From IMG/VR virus record IMGVR_UViG_3300049215_000771, positions 1 through 64,000 of that record: 64,000 bases of DNA; one strand, written 5' to 3'. The notes beneath the pieces were generated by a model. It had not been told where the DNA came from, searched no databases, and worked only from the letters and a program-made list of their open reading frames with translations. Positions 16,666 to 26,162 of this stretch are shown piece after piece (within the stretch, counting starts at the first letter, position 1; every line of letters starts with the position of its first letter). A program made the translations under genes and the position numbers.

Positions 16666-16982
16666 AATACAAAGTTCACAAATGCTGTCAGTCTGCTAGT
16701 GGCGGCAGCCATGTTACGATCTATGACGCCGACCTGGAGTTCACGGTTAATCGGGGCGATATTCAAGTCATTCTCCCTCCAGGGCAAGAAGCTGCCGTGG
16801 ACGTGCAAGAAGCTGCCGAGGCGATCAAGAAAGGCGCAGAAACAGCATTGACGCCTCGTGGGGTTGGTGCGATAATCAAACTTAGTCGGGTCGTGATACA
16901 TATGGTGGATTTCAAGCCCAGGAAGTTCGAGCAGTACACGACCGAAGAACTGGATCGCATCTGTGAGGGCGGTCTGCTTTGA
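16662..16982 (+). CDS. hypothetical protein (possible EF-G domain IV/S5-fold resemblance)
   Basis: AIKKGAETAL...V.IHMVD...F spacing recalls EF-G domain IV; weak. Confidence 0.45.
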   Translation: MKYKVHKCCQSASGGSHVTIYDADLEFTVNRGDIQVILPPGQEAAVDVQEAAEAIKKGAETALTPRGVGAIIKLSRVVIHMVDFKPRKFEQYTTEELDRICEGGLL

Positions 16983-16984
16983 TT

Positions 16985-17064
16985 GCCGCAGCACGACAAG
17001 GGTGGCCGACACCTATCATATGCTCTGGTTGTTGGTTGTAGGGTTCAAATCCCTGCCTGCGGCG
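16985..17064 (+). ncRNA. tRNA-like RNA with extended anticodon arm
   Basis: GCCGCAG/CTGCGGC acceptor, GTAGGG-TTCAAAT-CCCTGC T arm; no 7-nt anticodon loop. Confidence 0.5.
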
Positions 17065-17067
17065 TTT

Positions 17068-17139
17068 GCGAGGTTGGCATAGCGGCTGTGCGGTAGCCTT
17101 CCAAGCTACTTTAGACGGGTTCGACTCCCGTACCTCGCT
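17068..17139 (+). tRNA. tRNA-Gly(TCC)
   Basis: GTAGC-CTTCCAA-GCTAC. Confidence 0.9.
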
Positions 17140-17161
17140 CTACCTTGTAGGAGGAAATGGA

Positions 17162-17587
17162 ATGATCTTTCAGCTTGAGTGGACGACTTATGACAGCGCC
17201 ATCATCCATCACTTTGAGGCTCCTGAAGGGGCCACGCTGGAACAGTTCCAGGCGTTATGCGACAAGTTGATGGAAGAATCGCTTCAGGACGCTGTTGAAG
17301 GCAAGCCTGGGCGTTCGCCGATGCACGAAAACCCGCCGTACTGGTTGGGTTATATGTATGGTGTTGAGGAAGTCGCCGCCCGGCTTGCCGATCACGGATA
17401 CAAGGAAGTCAAGTTCGCCACGGTCAACTACACGCACGGCAGCATTATCGACGGCAAGAAGCCGGAAGAAGGTTGTGAAGATTTCGGTTACGGCAAGACC
17501 CTCACGGGTGATACACGGGAGAAGGTCGCCGCCTATAACCAGAAGATGAGCGAGGACAATAAGGAACGTCGCCAACGCAAAAGCTGA
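17162..17587 (+). CDS. hypothetical protein
   Basis: AGGAGG RBS. Confidence 0.65.
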   Translation: MIFQLEWTTYDSAIIHHFEAPEGATLEQFQALCDKLMEESLQDAVEGKPGRSPMHENPPYWLGYMYGVEEVAARLADHGYKEVKFATVNYTHGSIIDGKKPEEGCEDFGYGKTLTGDTREKVAAYNQKMSEDNKERRQRKS

Positions 17588-17645
17588 TTTGACTAGCTTC
17601 CGATTGTGAACTAGGGTTGTTACAACCCTCACAATAGGAGCAATC

Positions 17646-17855
17646 ATGAAGATCATCTGTGCGTGGTGTCAAGCTGACATGGGCGAGAAGGAGCCGCTGG
17701 AAGATACACAGATTTCCCATAGCATCTGTCCTTCGTGCATGGAAGTTGAAATCCAGTGCCTCCGTAGTTCAATGGCAGAACGCCAACTTGGTAAGTTGGA
17801 GGCTGTGGGTTCAATTCCCACCGGAGGCTCTTCAGATGTCGCAACAAAGGTCTAA
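17646..17855 (+). CDS. small Zn-finger protein
   Basis: ICAWC...SHSICPSC; AGGAG RBS. Confidence 0.6.
   Translation: MKIICAWCQADMGEKEPLEDTQISHSICPSCMEVEIQCLRSSMAERQLGKLEAVGSIPTGGSSDVATKV
17758..17829 (+). tRNA. tRNA-Thr(GGT)
   Basis: CCAAC-TTGGTAA-GTTGG. Confidence 0.92.
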
Positions 17856-18060
17856 GGATGCTAATTCGTCTATCCTCGAACGCTTCAAGGAGATGGAAGC
17901 GTCCTATGGTTACTCCTGGGACGAAGCTAACAACCAGCCTCGTCGCCTTGGTCAAACACATCGCTACATCGACGAGCCGTTCGAGGACTCCAGCACTGCC
18001 CAGCCGAAAGAGCCGAAGGAACATGGCGACCTTTGCTTCTGTAAAGACTGCCTGTCGTAA
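17836..18060 (+). CDS. hypothetical protein with RSIDD-like motif
   Basis: HRYIDEPFEDSS, C-terminal CFCKDC. Confidence 0.55.
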   Translation: MSQQRSKDANSSILERFKEMEASYGYSWDEANNQPRRLGQTHRYIDEPFEDSSTAQPKEPKEHGDLCFCKDCLS

Positions 18061-18098
18061 GGACAGCACGCATAATGGTCGCTCGGTAGTGGGTTGAT

Positions 18099-18464
18099 AT
18101 GGACAACATCGACGACTTGCTGAAGGATTTGTACAGCAAAGAACCCCGCAAGCGGCGCAAGAAGAAATATCGCAGCATTGACGACCCCTGGGAAGATTCA
18201 AGCGAATTCAAGCCCTTCAAAAAGCCGACAATCAAATCCTTCAAGCCTGTTGAGCGGTATTACTACAATGCCGTCATACGGGATCAAAGCGGGTCGATGG
18301 GTGAGGCGAAGTTGTTTTCTGTTGGGCCGACCTTGCACAAGAAGATCATGGAGGCTATGATTGGAACGGGGCAAATGCAAAGTATGTCAACGGTCGATCC
18401 TGTATCTGGAAACGAAGGCGCACATCCAGTTCGGCGGGATGGCCCCTCCAGTTCAGAAAGATGA
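18099..18464 (+). CDS. RSIDD-tagged protein with gp32-like SSB central fragment
   Basis: KKKYRSIDDPWEDSS then KPVERYYYNAVIR...KLFSVGPTLHKKIMEAM. Confidence 0.6.
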   Translation: MDNIDDLLKDLYSKEPRKRRKKKYRSIDDPWEDSSEFKPFKKPTIKSFKPVERYYYNAVIRDQSGSMGEAKLFSVGPTLHKKIMEAMIGTGQMQSMSTVDPVSGNEGAHPVRRDGPSSSER

Positions 18465-18629
18465 TTTGTGCCCTGTGTGTTGGGTCGATATTCACCCGGA
18501 TGAAGAAGTTCCCAAACTACCTGGTTGGCAATATATGCTGCGAGAGGTAGCAACTGTTGGGAAGAAAGGCAAACGAAGGAAGTACCTTGCCGAATCTCAC
18601 AAAGCAGAAGAAGTGGTCCGGGAAGAACT

Positions 18630-18708
18630 GTCGGCGGAAGCGAAACTGGTAGGGCACCAGGACGGTCTGCAAAACCGCTGCTAAGAGGTTCAACTCCTCC
18701 TGCCGACT
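18630..18708 (+). tRNA. tRNA-Cys(GCA), atypical D arm
   Basis: CGGT-CTGCAAA-ACCG; U73; GAGG-TTCAACT-CCTC. Confidence 0.7.
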
Positions 18709-18710
18709 CT

Positions 18711-19058
18711 ATGATAATCACACCAATGCAACTGTGTCCTGGCATGGCCGAGGCTACCAGGCCCGAAAAGATCGAACTTCTTCGGGAGATCGACGCTGAG
18801 ATTGGTCGTCTCCAGAATAAGCGTATGAACAACACGCTGATGCAGCTTGTGGGTGTTGTTGTGATATTCGCCGCACAACTCATCAACATCTACTTCTGGC
18901 CGACGCCTACGGGCAACGAAGATGTTGATTTTTGCATCAAGTGGTCTTGGCCTGTCTGGATGTTGGTTTGGGGTGCGATCATTATCTGGCGTGGAAGTCG
19001 GATCAGCAAACAGATCAGGGACAAGATCGACGAATTCTTCATGGAACTGCAAACGTGA
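18711..19058 (+). CDS. membrane hypothetical protein
   Basis: Two hydrophobic segments. Confidence 0.6.
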   Translation: MIITPMQLCPGMAEATRPEKIELLREIDAEIGRLQNKRMNNTLMQLVGVVVIFAAQLINIYFWPTPTGNEDVDFCIKWSWPVWMLVWGAIIIWRGSRISKQIRDKIDEFFMELQT

Positions 19059-19483
19059 CGGATGATTGCAAAGTTTCCGAGAAAGCTGAATGCTATGGGC
19101 ATCTCGATCAGGCGCTTGGCCAGTATGAAAACCTCAGATTCCTTAAAGATATGAGGGTGCAGAATCGCCAATATATGGGCGACGGGATCGACGAGAAGTT
19201 TGTCTGGACGGTCAATTATGATCGTGGCATGAAAGTTTTGCGGAAATTGATTGCTTGCTACGTTCCCGAAGACCTGGTTGATTGTACTTTCAAGTACGTT
19301 GCTGCCATGTACGATATGGAGTGGCGGCGGTACGAGCAGGACAAGCAGGCTGGCAAGGTGAAGGCTGGTTCTGAAGATTACAGGAATTACTCCTGGCGTG
19401 GCAATGGGCCGAGGCCATACTTCGAGGAGTTGATTTCCACTTTCATGAAGAAAAAGAAGCATCGCAGCATTGATGACGAGTAG
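19055..19483 (+). CDS. RSIDD-tagged hypothetical protein
   Basis: Ends KKKKHRSIDDE*. Confidence 0.6.
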   Translation: MTDDCKVSEKAECYGHLDQALGQYENLRFLKDMRVQNRQYMGDGIDEKFVWTVNYDRGMKVLRKLIACYVPEDLVDCTFKYVAAMYDMEWRRYEQDKQAGKVKAGSEDYRNYSWRGNGPRPYFEELISTFMKKKKHRSIDDE

Positions 19484-19495
19484 CATATCTAAAAT

Positions 19496-20425
19496 ATGCT
19501 CAAGATAGAACCAACCTACAATCACGTCCGGCATCTCATTCGGACCCGACCCGGCATTATCATCACGAATGCTTGCAACCTTGCCTGTGGCGGGTGCTAC
19601 GCCCAATGCGGTAAGTTCTCCAAGGACAAGCTGTGGTTTATTTCCTTGGATCAGTTCAGGGAGAACCTGGAATATATCGCCAAATATATGTACCAGGGTA
19701 AAGTCGAGTTGTTGAACGGGGAGGTAGTCGATATAAACCCGGAACGGCACGGTATCGACATGATCGGGGGCGAGCCTTCCATACACCCGGAATGGGAGAA
19801 GATTTGGGAGCTAATGACTGACGAATACAAGTCGTTGAAGTTTTTGGTTTCCACCAACGGGCGGGTGACATTCCCGAAAGCCGACAACGTGGGTTTGCAT
19901 CTTGACTACAAAACGAAAGATACACCTTCCCAGCATGAGTTTGTCTCAACACTTGTGGCCCCGATTGATGTTGTTGGTATTCAGGACCGTGGTTACTACT
20001 GGAAAACTGCACAAACAGATTGCGGTATCTGGAAGTCGTTGGGTTGTGTAAATCCAATCTACAAGAACCAGATTTCGCTTTGTTCGGTTGCTTCAAGTTG
20101 GAACGATCTTCTTGATCTGGACCTGGGATGGCCGTTGACGCCGGGCGGGAACCCGTTCTCGAAGTTGACCGACAAGGACGTGCGAGAGAAAGCCAGCAAG
20201 GTTTGTTATCGTTGTGGTTGGTCGAAGAAGATGAACCTGCCAGAAGACCAGCGTTCGGAAGGTTACGACCTGGTGAGCGCAACGAACCTGGAAACCTTGA
20301 CTCAAAATGGAAGAAACAAACCCTACAAACTCATCTACAGGGAGGGGGATGAGATCAAGGTTGGCGAATTGAAGGGTTCCAGGGAACTGGTGCAATTGGA
20401 AGTCAGGAAGAAGATGGCCGGCTAG
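19496..20425 (+). CDS. radical SAM protein
   Basis: CNLACGGC (CxxxCxxC), GGEP, STNG. Confidence 0.85.
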   Translation: MLKIEPTYNHVRHLIRTRPGIIITNACNLACGGCYAQCGKFSKDKLWFISLDQFRENLEYIAKYMYQGKVELLNGEVVDINPERHGIDMIGGEPSIHPEWEKIWELMTDEYKSLKFLVSTNGRVTFPKADNVGLHLDYKTKDTPSQHEFVSTLVAPIDVVGIQDRGYYWKTAQTDCGIWKSLGCVNPIYKNQISLCSVASSWNDLLDLDLGWPLTPGGNPFSKLTDKDVREKASKVCYRCGWSKKMNLPEDQRSEGYDLVSATNLETLTQNGRNKPYKLIYREGDEIKVGELKGSRELVQLEVRKKMAG

Positions 20426-20428
20426 TAT

Positions 20429-20499
20429 TGCCTCGTGGTGTAATGGTAGCACTGCTGACTCTGGATCAGCCAGTCTTCGTTCGAGTCGAAGCGAGGCAG
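20429..20499 (+). tRNA. tRNA-Gln(CTG)
   Basis: GCTGA-CTCTGGA-TCAGC. Confidence 0.9.
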
Positions 20500-20500
20500 C

Positions 20501-20529
20501 TTTACAATGGCTTGAAAGCGTGGTAGAAT
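20501..20529 (+). promoter_or_regulatory. sigma70-type promoter
   Basis: TTTACA-N17-TAGAAT with TG extension. Confidence 0.65.
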
Positions 20530-20549
20530 CCCACCCAGGAGGGTTCATC

Positions 20550-21056
20550 ATGCCGCAACAGTTGTTCATTCCATCGCTGGGTACGATCATCACGCTGGCC
20601 GAGAACTGGCAGTTCAAGCTGTTCTTCGAGCATCGGAATGAAACGCTGCTCAAGGCGCTTTGTGAGAACCCCTACCCGGAAGCCGCCGACCCCAAGAAGA
20701 TCACGGACGGGCGGTATTCCTGGCGCTGTGGCCAGAAGTATTGGGGCTGCAACCCGGAGCATCACGAGGGCAGCGAACTGCTCCGCTACCTGGAGCCGAT
20801 GGACGAGAAGGAACTGGAGGACGCCCACCACACCTACCGTTCCACCAACGCCAGGCGGGAGCCTTACTTGTTGGTTACGATGCCGGCTGGACAACAACTG
20901 AAGTTCGACCGCATCTACATCCGGGCTGGCGTCACGGCGTACAATTCCGTGACGTTCAGGACGACGAAAATCGGCCCGGACAAGAAGTTTCACTCGAAGC
21001 GGTTTTGGGTGAAGTTGCAGGATGCAAACAATGTCATCTGTAACGTGATTGGATAG
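20550..21056 (+). CDS. conserved jumbo-phage-type hypothetical protein
   Basis: W.F.LF.E.RN...DRIYIR.G...YNSVTF...RFWVKL.D.N; AGGAGG RBS. Confidence 0.7.
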   Translation: MPQQLFIPSLGTIITLAENWQFKLFFEHRNETLLKALCENPYPEAADPKKITDGRYSWRCGQKYWGCNPEHHEGSELLRYLEPMDEKELEDAHHTYRSTNARREPYLLVTMPAGQQLKFDRIYIRAGVTAYNSVTFRTTKIGPDKKFHSKRFWVKLQDANNVICNVIG

Positions 21057-21082
21057 GAACATGAAGAACTTGTGCTGACAAC

Positions 21083-21580
21083 ATGAAAAACCTGATGCAG
21101 AAGGCTGTGGATGTTTTCCACGATCAAGTCATCAGTATCATGCCAGGCGTTGTGAGCGCCGGCCTGATCGAGTCCATCAAGGTCATTGCTTGGGGTTCTC
21201 CGACACCCATCAGGCAGCTTGCTTCGGTGCATCAGGGTGATAAGGCAATCTCGATTCGGCCCTTCGATCCGCAAATCGCCGGGGCCATCCACAAAACCCT
21301 GGAAGCCGCAGAACATAACTGCTACATCAGCAAGGGTGTAGTGACCGTCAATATCCCCAAGTGGACAACCAGCGCCGATAAAGACCGGGCCACGGCCCAG
21401 GTTCGGCGGCTCGAAGAAGACACAAAGGTAATCATTCGGAATATCCGAAAGAAAGCCAGGCAGCACCTAACCGGCAGCGAGGACGAGATTCGCAAGGCCG
21501 AGAAGGAACTTCAGACGATGACGGATACATATGTCTCCCAGGTCGTCACCATCGCCAACAACAAAATCAAAACTTTGTGA
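21083..21580 (+). CDS. frr: ribosome recycling factor
   Basis: PI.QLASV...I.PFD...KV.IRNIRK...EKELQTMTD. Confidence 0.85.
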   Translation: MKNLMQKAVDVFHDQVISIMPGVVSAGLIESIKVIAWGSPTPIRQLASVHQGDKAISIRPFDPQIAGAIHKTLEAAEHNCYISKGVVTVNIPKWTTSADKDRATAQVRRLEEDTKVIIRNIRKKARQHLTGSEDEIRKAEKELQTMTDTYVSQVVTIANNKIKTL

Positions 21581-21631
21581 ACCTTGGCGGCGGCTGCGTG
21601 TCTTACTTGTGTTCGCCGAAAGGAGCCAAAG

Positions 21632-21985
21632 ATGGCCGAGTTTGCCGAGATTCCTGGTCAGCATCGAGTTCCTGTTCAGCCGATCAAGCCGAGCCAGGTG
21701 GTTCGGAAGAAGACCGAGATCATCCCTGATGGGGTGCTGGAAGCCTTCAACGAACTGATCGCCGAAACATGGGACGGGCGGCGGTCTTCCTTCAAGCTGA
21801 AGGATGTCCGGGCGCTTGCCAAGAAGAAGCTGGACGGCAAGGAAGTGAAGTCGGAATGGCTCGATGTGGAGCCGATCTACGAGAAGGCGGGCTGGCGAGT
21901 GAAGTTCGACAAGCCTGGTTGGGACGAGAACTACGATGCCTTCTTCGAGTTCACCAAGAAGCGGAGCAGCAGCGCCGATGATTGA
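21632..21985 (+). CDS. conserved phage hypothetical protein
   Basis: IPD.V.EAFNELI...WLDVE..Y..AGW.V.FDKP. Confidence 0.7.
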   Translation: MAEFAEIPGQHRVPVQPIKPSQVVRKKTEIIPDGVLEAFNELIAETWDGRRSSFKLKDVRALAKKKLDGKEVKSEWLDVEPIYEKAGWRVKFDKPGWDENYDAFFEFTKKRSSSADD

Positions 21986-22343
21986 CGTAACCGCAGAACG
22001 GAAGCATATTCAAGACCTGATCGCCGTAGAGAAGGCGAAGCGTCGTCCGAAGAAGGAACGCATCGAGTTCTTGCAGGAACGCATCGAGATGCTGGACATC
22101 ATCGAAGGCACCAGGGACGACGACGACGGGTTCTGCTGGATGCTGGAAGTGAAGGAGTACAGCGACGTACTCAAGGACGACTCGATCTGCATAATCCCGT
22201 TGAAGGCTAAAACAAAAGATCAGGCCATCAAGGAAGTGACCCGCTTGCTCAAGCGTGAATTCAAGAAAAAAGATGAGATCAAGCGGGTTCGTTTGTATCA
22301 GGCGCACTTGACAAAACAGTTCCGACTTGATGAAATCAAGTAA
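21978..22343 (+). CDS. hypothetical protein
   Basis: Coupled ORF. Confidence 0.6.
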   Translation: MIDVTAERKHIQDLIAVEKAKRRPKKERIEFLQERIEMLDIIEGTRDDDDGFCWMLEVKEYSDVLKDDSICIIPLKAKTKDQAIKEVTRLLKREFKKKDEIKRVRLYQAHLTKQFRLDEIK

Positions 22344-22346
22344 GAC

Positions 22347-22421
22347 GCCTCGTTCGTCTAGTCCGGTCTAGGACACGGCCCTCTCAAGGCTGAAACAGGG
22401 GTTCAAATCCCCTACGAGGTA
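22347..22421 (+). tRNA. tRNA-Glu(CTC)
   Basis: CGGCC-CTCTCAA-GGCTG. Confidence 0.92.
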
Positions 22422-22424
22422 CTT

Positions 22425-23285
22425 GTGAACGATAGGATGCGAGTCTGGTTCACGCCTCAGATGATAGCCCCCGACAAGGTTATCATGGAGGAATTGCAAG
22501 GGATTGCTGCTCAATACGATGCGGCGGGTGGCGACTTGAAGATGTCGGCTTTCGATCAGTTGATGGCTGAGTCCGACAAACTTCAGGCTGAGTTATGGCG
22601 ACGTGCAGTGGAGCGAGAAGAAGTGTTGCAATACAGACCGCCCGAATTGGCCGATGCGATCTTCCCTCAACTTGAAGGGGAGAAGTGGGGCTACATCAAC
22701 ATCAACGAGTTGGCTACTCAGGCAGCCGAGTTGATCGGGCCTATGCTCGACGAGAAGGTTGGCAACATTTTTCTGGACCCCGACCAGTGCGAGAAGTGGA
22801 AGAATTGGGTCCACAAGTTGAAGGGAATCGACTACTCGTGGGGTGGATACATGGAGGATCGGTCGATTGTGTGGGCCGGGCACTATCACGAGCCTGGCGC
22901 AACGATCCACCTGGGCGTTGACTTCTATGTGCCTGTTCGCACGAATGTCCACCTGCCGGTCCCTGGGACGTTGTTGTACAAGTTCCAAGACCCTGACAAG
23001 AACGGCGGCTGGGGTGGGAAGTTGGTGTTCGACACGGCGCTGGGCTACATGGTTTTTGGCCACCTGAACAACATGGTTTTGATGGAAGCGAAGAAGCATT
23101 ATCCGAAAGGAACCATCATCGGGTCGATTGCTGAGTCGAACGAGAACGGCGGTTGGAGTCCTCATCTGCATGTTCAACTCATGAGGAAGTACGATCCTCA
23201 TGTGGACGGCTACGGCAAAAAGTACGATGGCATGGAGAGGGATTTTCCCAATCCTTGCAAGGTGTTTGATGAGACACCGATGTAA
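22425..23285 (+). CDS. M23 family metallopeptidase
   Basis: HLGVD...FGHL...ENGGWSPHLH. Confidence 0.85.
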   Translation: MNDRMRVWFTPQMIAPDKVIMEELQGIAAQYDAAGGDLKMSAFDQLMAESDKLQAELWRRAVEREEVLQYRPPELADAIFPQLEGEKWGYININELATQAAELIGPMLDEKVGNIFLDPDQCEKWKNWVHKLKGIDYSWGGYMEDRSIVWAGHYHEPGATIHLGVDFYVPVRTNVHLPVPGTLLYKFQDPDKNGGWGGKLVFDTALGYMVFGHLNNMVLMEAKKHYPKGTIIGSIAESNENGGWSPHLHVQLMRKYDPHVDGYGKKYDGMERDFPNPCKVFDETPM

Positions 23286-23459
23286 TTCTTCGATCACCGA
23301 GGCGACAAGAAGGGCTGTGTCAGCGCTATGCTGCTGAAGAGTCGTAACTTGTTGCTTGCAGAAATGGAGAAGTGTGATGTTCGATGCGTTCGCTGTCACC
23401 GCCTGAAGACAGCGAAAGAGTTTGGTTACTACAAGGCAATACTTGCCTCCTTGGTCTAG
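23286..23459 (+). pseudogene. HNH endonuclease remnant
   Basis: FDHRGDK...AEMEKCDVRCVRCHRLKT, lacks its N-terminus, in frame just after the M23 stop. Confidence 0.55.
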
Positions 23460-23515
23460 TGGTATGACGCCACTCTCGTAAAGTGGAAGGGGGAGTTCGA
23501 TTCTCCCAGGAGGCT
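23445..23515 (+). tRNA. tRNA-Thr(CGT)
   Basis: CCACT-CTCGTAA-AGTGG. Confidence 0.9.
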
Positions 23516-23541
23516 CTGTCGGAAGTAAGTGTGACGTTGCT

Positions 23542-23592
23542 GCTACCTTAGTGTAAACAATCAGCACGCCGCCCTGCGAAGGCGGAAGAACG
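23542..23592 (+). pseudogene. 5' two-thirds of a tRNA-Arg(GCG), T arm missing
   Basis: TAGTGTAAACAATCAGCAC D arm, CCGCC-CTGCGAA-GGCGG; no T loop or 3' acceptor strand follows. Confidence 0.5.
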
Positions 23593-23793
23593 GTGGGCGA
23601 CCCTGGCGACCGGATGGGTGAACCGGGTTCAGGGAGCAGTAGACCGATGCGGCATCAAGCATGACGCTTTCCGACAACTTATCTCCAACTCGTGGCTTGA
23701 CGGGCAAATCAACCAACGAGAAGGAGATTCCAATGAGCAAGTACATCGAGCCAATGTCGAAGCGACGTAGGGGGTTTCCCCAGCGAACGACAA

Positions 23794-24231
23794 GTGAAAC
23801 GAGGCGTCCGAGTAGTCCACGGCGACAAGCTACTCGAAGAAAAGCTGGGCCGCAACGATCCGTGTCCGTGTGGGAGCGGGAAGCGGTTCAAGAAGTGCTG
23901 TATGCACACCGGCTTTTTTTCGATGGAACGAACCGGGGGCACTATGAACGCTAACGAGTGGCTGCAAAGCAACAACAAGGAACCGTACCAGACCGACATT
24001 TACGACAACTGGTACTGGATGACGTATCTGTACTATCACGGCGAGGTTTTCACGCAAGAAGAAATCGACGCCAACGGAGATGGGCACTGGACGCTGCCCA
24101 TCCCGATCTGGAACCATCTCCAGGCCAAAACCACCTACCCGTACTGCAAGATGTACAAAACTAGGGAGGAAGCCCTGGAGGATTTCCGACAAGCCTACGA
24201 TAAGGCTGTGGCGGAAGGATGGAGTGGATGA
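23794..24231 (+). CDS. SEC-C motif protein (possibly two genes, second from ATG 23944)
   Basis: [20 protein letters not shown]. Confidence 0.7.
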   Translation: MKRGVRVVHGDKLLEEKLGRNDPCPCGSGKRFKKCCMHTGFFSMERTGGTMNANEWLQSNNKEPYQTDIYDNWYWMTYLYYHGEVFTQEEIDANGDGHWTLPIPIWNHLQAKTTYPYCKMYKTREEALEDFRQAYDKAVAEGWSG

Positions 24232-24245
24232 CAGAAGCCAACAAA

Positions 24246-24552
24246 AGCACCAGCAACCGCATCAGGGACGGACCTGCCCAAACTTGTGTGAGTTTGGGCG
24301 GCATTCAACTTGATGATATGACGTTCCTAGAGTCTTGGACTTATGGGCGTTTTCTTCACCGGCCACCGGCTTCGAGCCGAGTTCGGGAAGTAGTCAGGGT
24401 TGCCCTGGTGCTGGCAGGCCACCATGAGCGGGGATTCCTTCATAGAATAGCCGAACTAAGGCGAACCGGGTTGATAGGTTCGCACGAATAAGGCAAATAA
24501 AGATGGAGCGTGACCGTAGATAATCGTGCCAGGCTGCCTATAATATGGCAGC
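24246..24552 (+). ncRNA. candidate structured ncRNA
   Basis: AGCACCAG/CTGGTGCT, GCCCAAACT/AGTTTGGGC, GCGAACC/GGTTCGC, GCTGCC/GGCAGC stems. Confidence 0.4.
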
Positions 24553-24556
24553 ACTT

Positions 24557-24628
24557 GCCCCGTGGGTGTGACGGAAGCACGGCAGTCTTCTAAGCTGCTA
24601 GGACCGGGTTCGACTCCTGGACGGGGTG
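24557..24628 (+). tRNA. tRNA-Arg(TCT)
   Basis: GCAGT-CTTCTAA-GCTGC. Confidence 0.85.
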
Positions 24629-24631
24629 CTA

Positions 24632-24933
24632 GAGGGTTTGGGCTTCGTTGGGTTCTGGCACAACCAAACACTAAAAGATGCCTTGATTCACCGGAAGTGG
24701 TCGGGTGGAATTCAGACGAGCTACCAAACCTTCGATACACGCCGAGTTCTAATTGGGGACTTGTTCGCCTGGTAGATTACAATGTTATTTCCGGGAGGGG
24801 ACGAAAAACCGAAAGGTGATGTTTTCAGGTTAGGCCACCGGCTAATATGGGTTGGGTTCTGATGGTTCTTGGCTCCCCAGCCATAATGTTGTCGCTCCCA
24901 AGCACAACGAGGACTTATCAGGCTACCGACCCA
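24632..24933 (+). ncRNA. candidate structured ncRNA
   Basis: GAGGGTTTGG/CCAAACCTTC, ACC-GAAA-GGT, TGGGTTGG/CCGACCCA stems; fills the gap between two tRNAs. Confidence 0.4.
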
Positions 24934-24936
24934 CCT

Positions 24937-25007
24937 GCCCCCAGGGTGTGGCGGACGCATACCAGTTTCCTAAACTGATGGGCCAGGTTCGACTCCTGGT
25001 GGGGGTA
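24937..25007 (+). tRNA. tRNA-Arg(CCT)
   Basis: CAGT-TTCCTAA-ACTG. Confidence 0.82.
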
Positions 25008-25009
25008 CT

Positions 25010-25429
25010 GTGAAGTTTCAAGTTGGCGACATTGTGAGGATCAAAGATGGAGTGATTGGAGCGGGTCAGACAGGGATCATTGAAGAAATTAAGCCCTGGA
25101 ACATCAACAGCCCGCTTGCCGAACTTCGTGAGGATTTCCATTTCTGTGTCCTGGAAGATGGAGTTCGAGCCAAGTTCACGGCGGATTTGCTGGAGAAAGT
25201 TGGTGCCTTGAAGTACCGCCTGGGCGACAGGGTACTCATCAAGACGCCTGGGTTGACTGGTTACGGCGAAGTGGGAGTTGTTGTTGACCCTATTGACGAC
25301 TTGACCATTACTGTGGAACTTCCCAAAGTCCCTGGTCAATCCAACGAGCAGTGGCATCGGGTCAAATATACGGATGATGACATTCAGAAAGTCGGTCCTA
25401 GTTCCTGGAGGTCAATCGACGATGACTGA
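25010..25429 (+). CDS. tandem SH3/KOW-like protein with RSIDD tag
   Basis: FQVGDIVRI and YRLGDRVLI repeats; ends WRSIDDD*. Confidence 0.65.
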   Translation: MKFQVGDIVRIKDGVIGAGQTGIIEEIKPWNINSPLAELREDFHFCVLEDGVRAKFTADLLEKVGALKYRLGDRVLIKTPGLTGYGEVGVVVDPIDDLTITVELPKVPGQSNEQWHRVKYTDDDIQKVGPSSWRSIDDD

Positions 25430-25614
25430 AGAGCGCAGGCAGCAGTTGTTGGATGTCGTTCAGAAATACAACGACATGATGCGGGCCGACACGAAGGACA
25501 TGACCAACGAGGAGCGTGTGTTCTTCATGGAGTGTCATATCGAGGCCATCAGCAAGCCGTTGGAAATGTTCAAAGGGGCCGTGGCAAAAGGCCAAGGGGA
25601 CAAGAAATAAAATT

Positions 25615-25716
25615 GGGCGGGTAGCTCAGTGGCAGAGCGGCGATGACGCTGGACGGTTTTATAGTTGCCGGTTGCAGCTAATCGCAAGGTCGCTGGTTCA
25701 AATCCAGCCCCGCCCA
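25615..25716 (+). ncRNA. tRNA-like RNA with extended anticodon arm
   Basis: GGGCGGG/CCCGCCC, canonical D and T arms; GCGAT..ATCGC encloses ~36 nt instead of 7. Confidence 0.65.
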
Positions 25717-25784
25717 TTCGGTCAATTACTTTAACCCCTCCTGGAGCCAGGCCGTCCCAGGAGAAATCAAAACCGGCCAGGTGA

Positions 25785-26027
25785 ATGTACAAATGCCATC
25801 TTTGTGGAAGACAAGTTTTGGCTGGACAGCCGAGACAGTTGATCGTGTATAAGGAACCCTACACCCATCCTTACCGACACGATGCGTTTCAGAAGTGGGT
25901 GCAGAATCCAAGAACGAAGAAATGGAAGTGGGATTGGGTTGATGATGGCGGTGGACATGGCGAGCGGATCGTGAGCGAAATTCCGGTCTGTTTGGCCTGC
26001 AAGCAGGCTTCGGAGCGGCCTAAGTAA
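25785..26027 (+). CDS. Zn-finger hypothetical protein
   Basis: YKCHLC...G.G.RIV.E..VC.AC. Confidence 0.6.
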   Translation: MYKCHLCGRQVLAGQPRQLIVYKEPYTHPYRHDAFQKWVQNPRTKKWKWDWVDDGGGHGERIVSEIPVCLACKQASERPK

Positions 26028-26049
26028 TAGCTCCGATAATTTAGCCCCA

Positions 26050-26159
26050 GGGTGCGACAGGATCAACCGGGGCCAGCCTACCACGAACCTGGGTATCCCT
26101 CAGAAGTATGGTGGGGCACAAGCCAAGGCTGCGTTGATGTCAATAAACACGTTGCACCC
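26050..26159 (+). ncRNA. candidate small structured RNA
   Basis: GGGTGCGAC/GTTGCACCC closing stem, ATCAAC/GTTGAT inner stem. Confidence 0.35.
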
Positions 26160-26162
26160 AAT

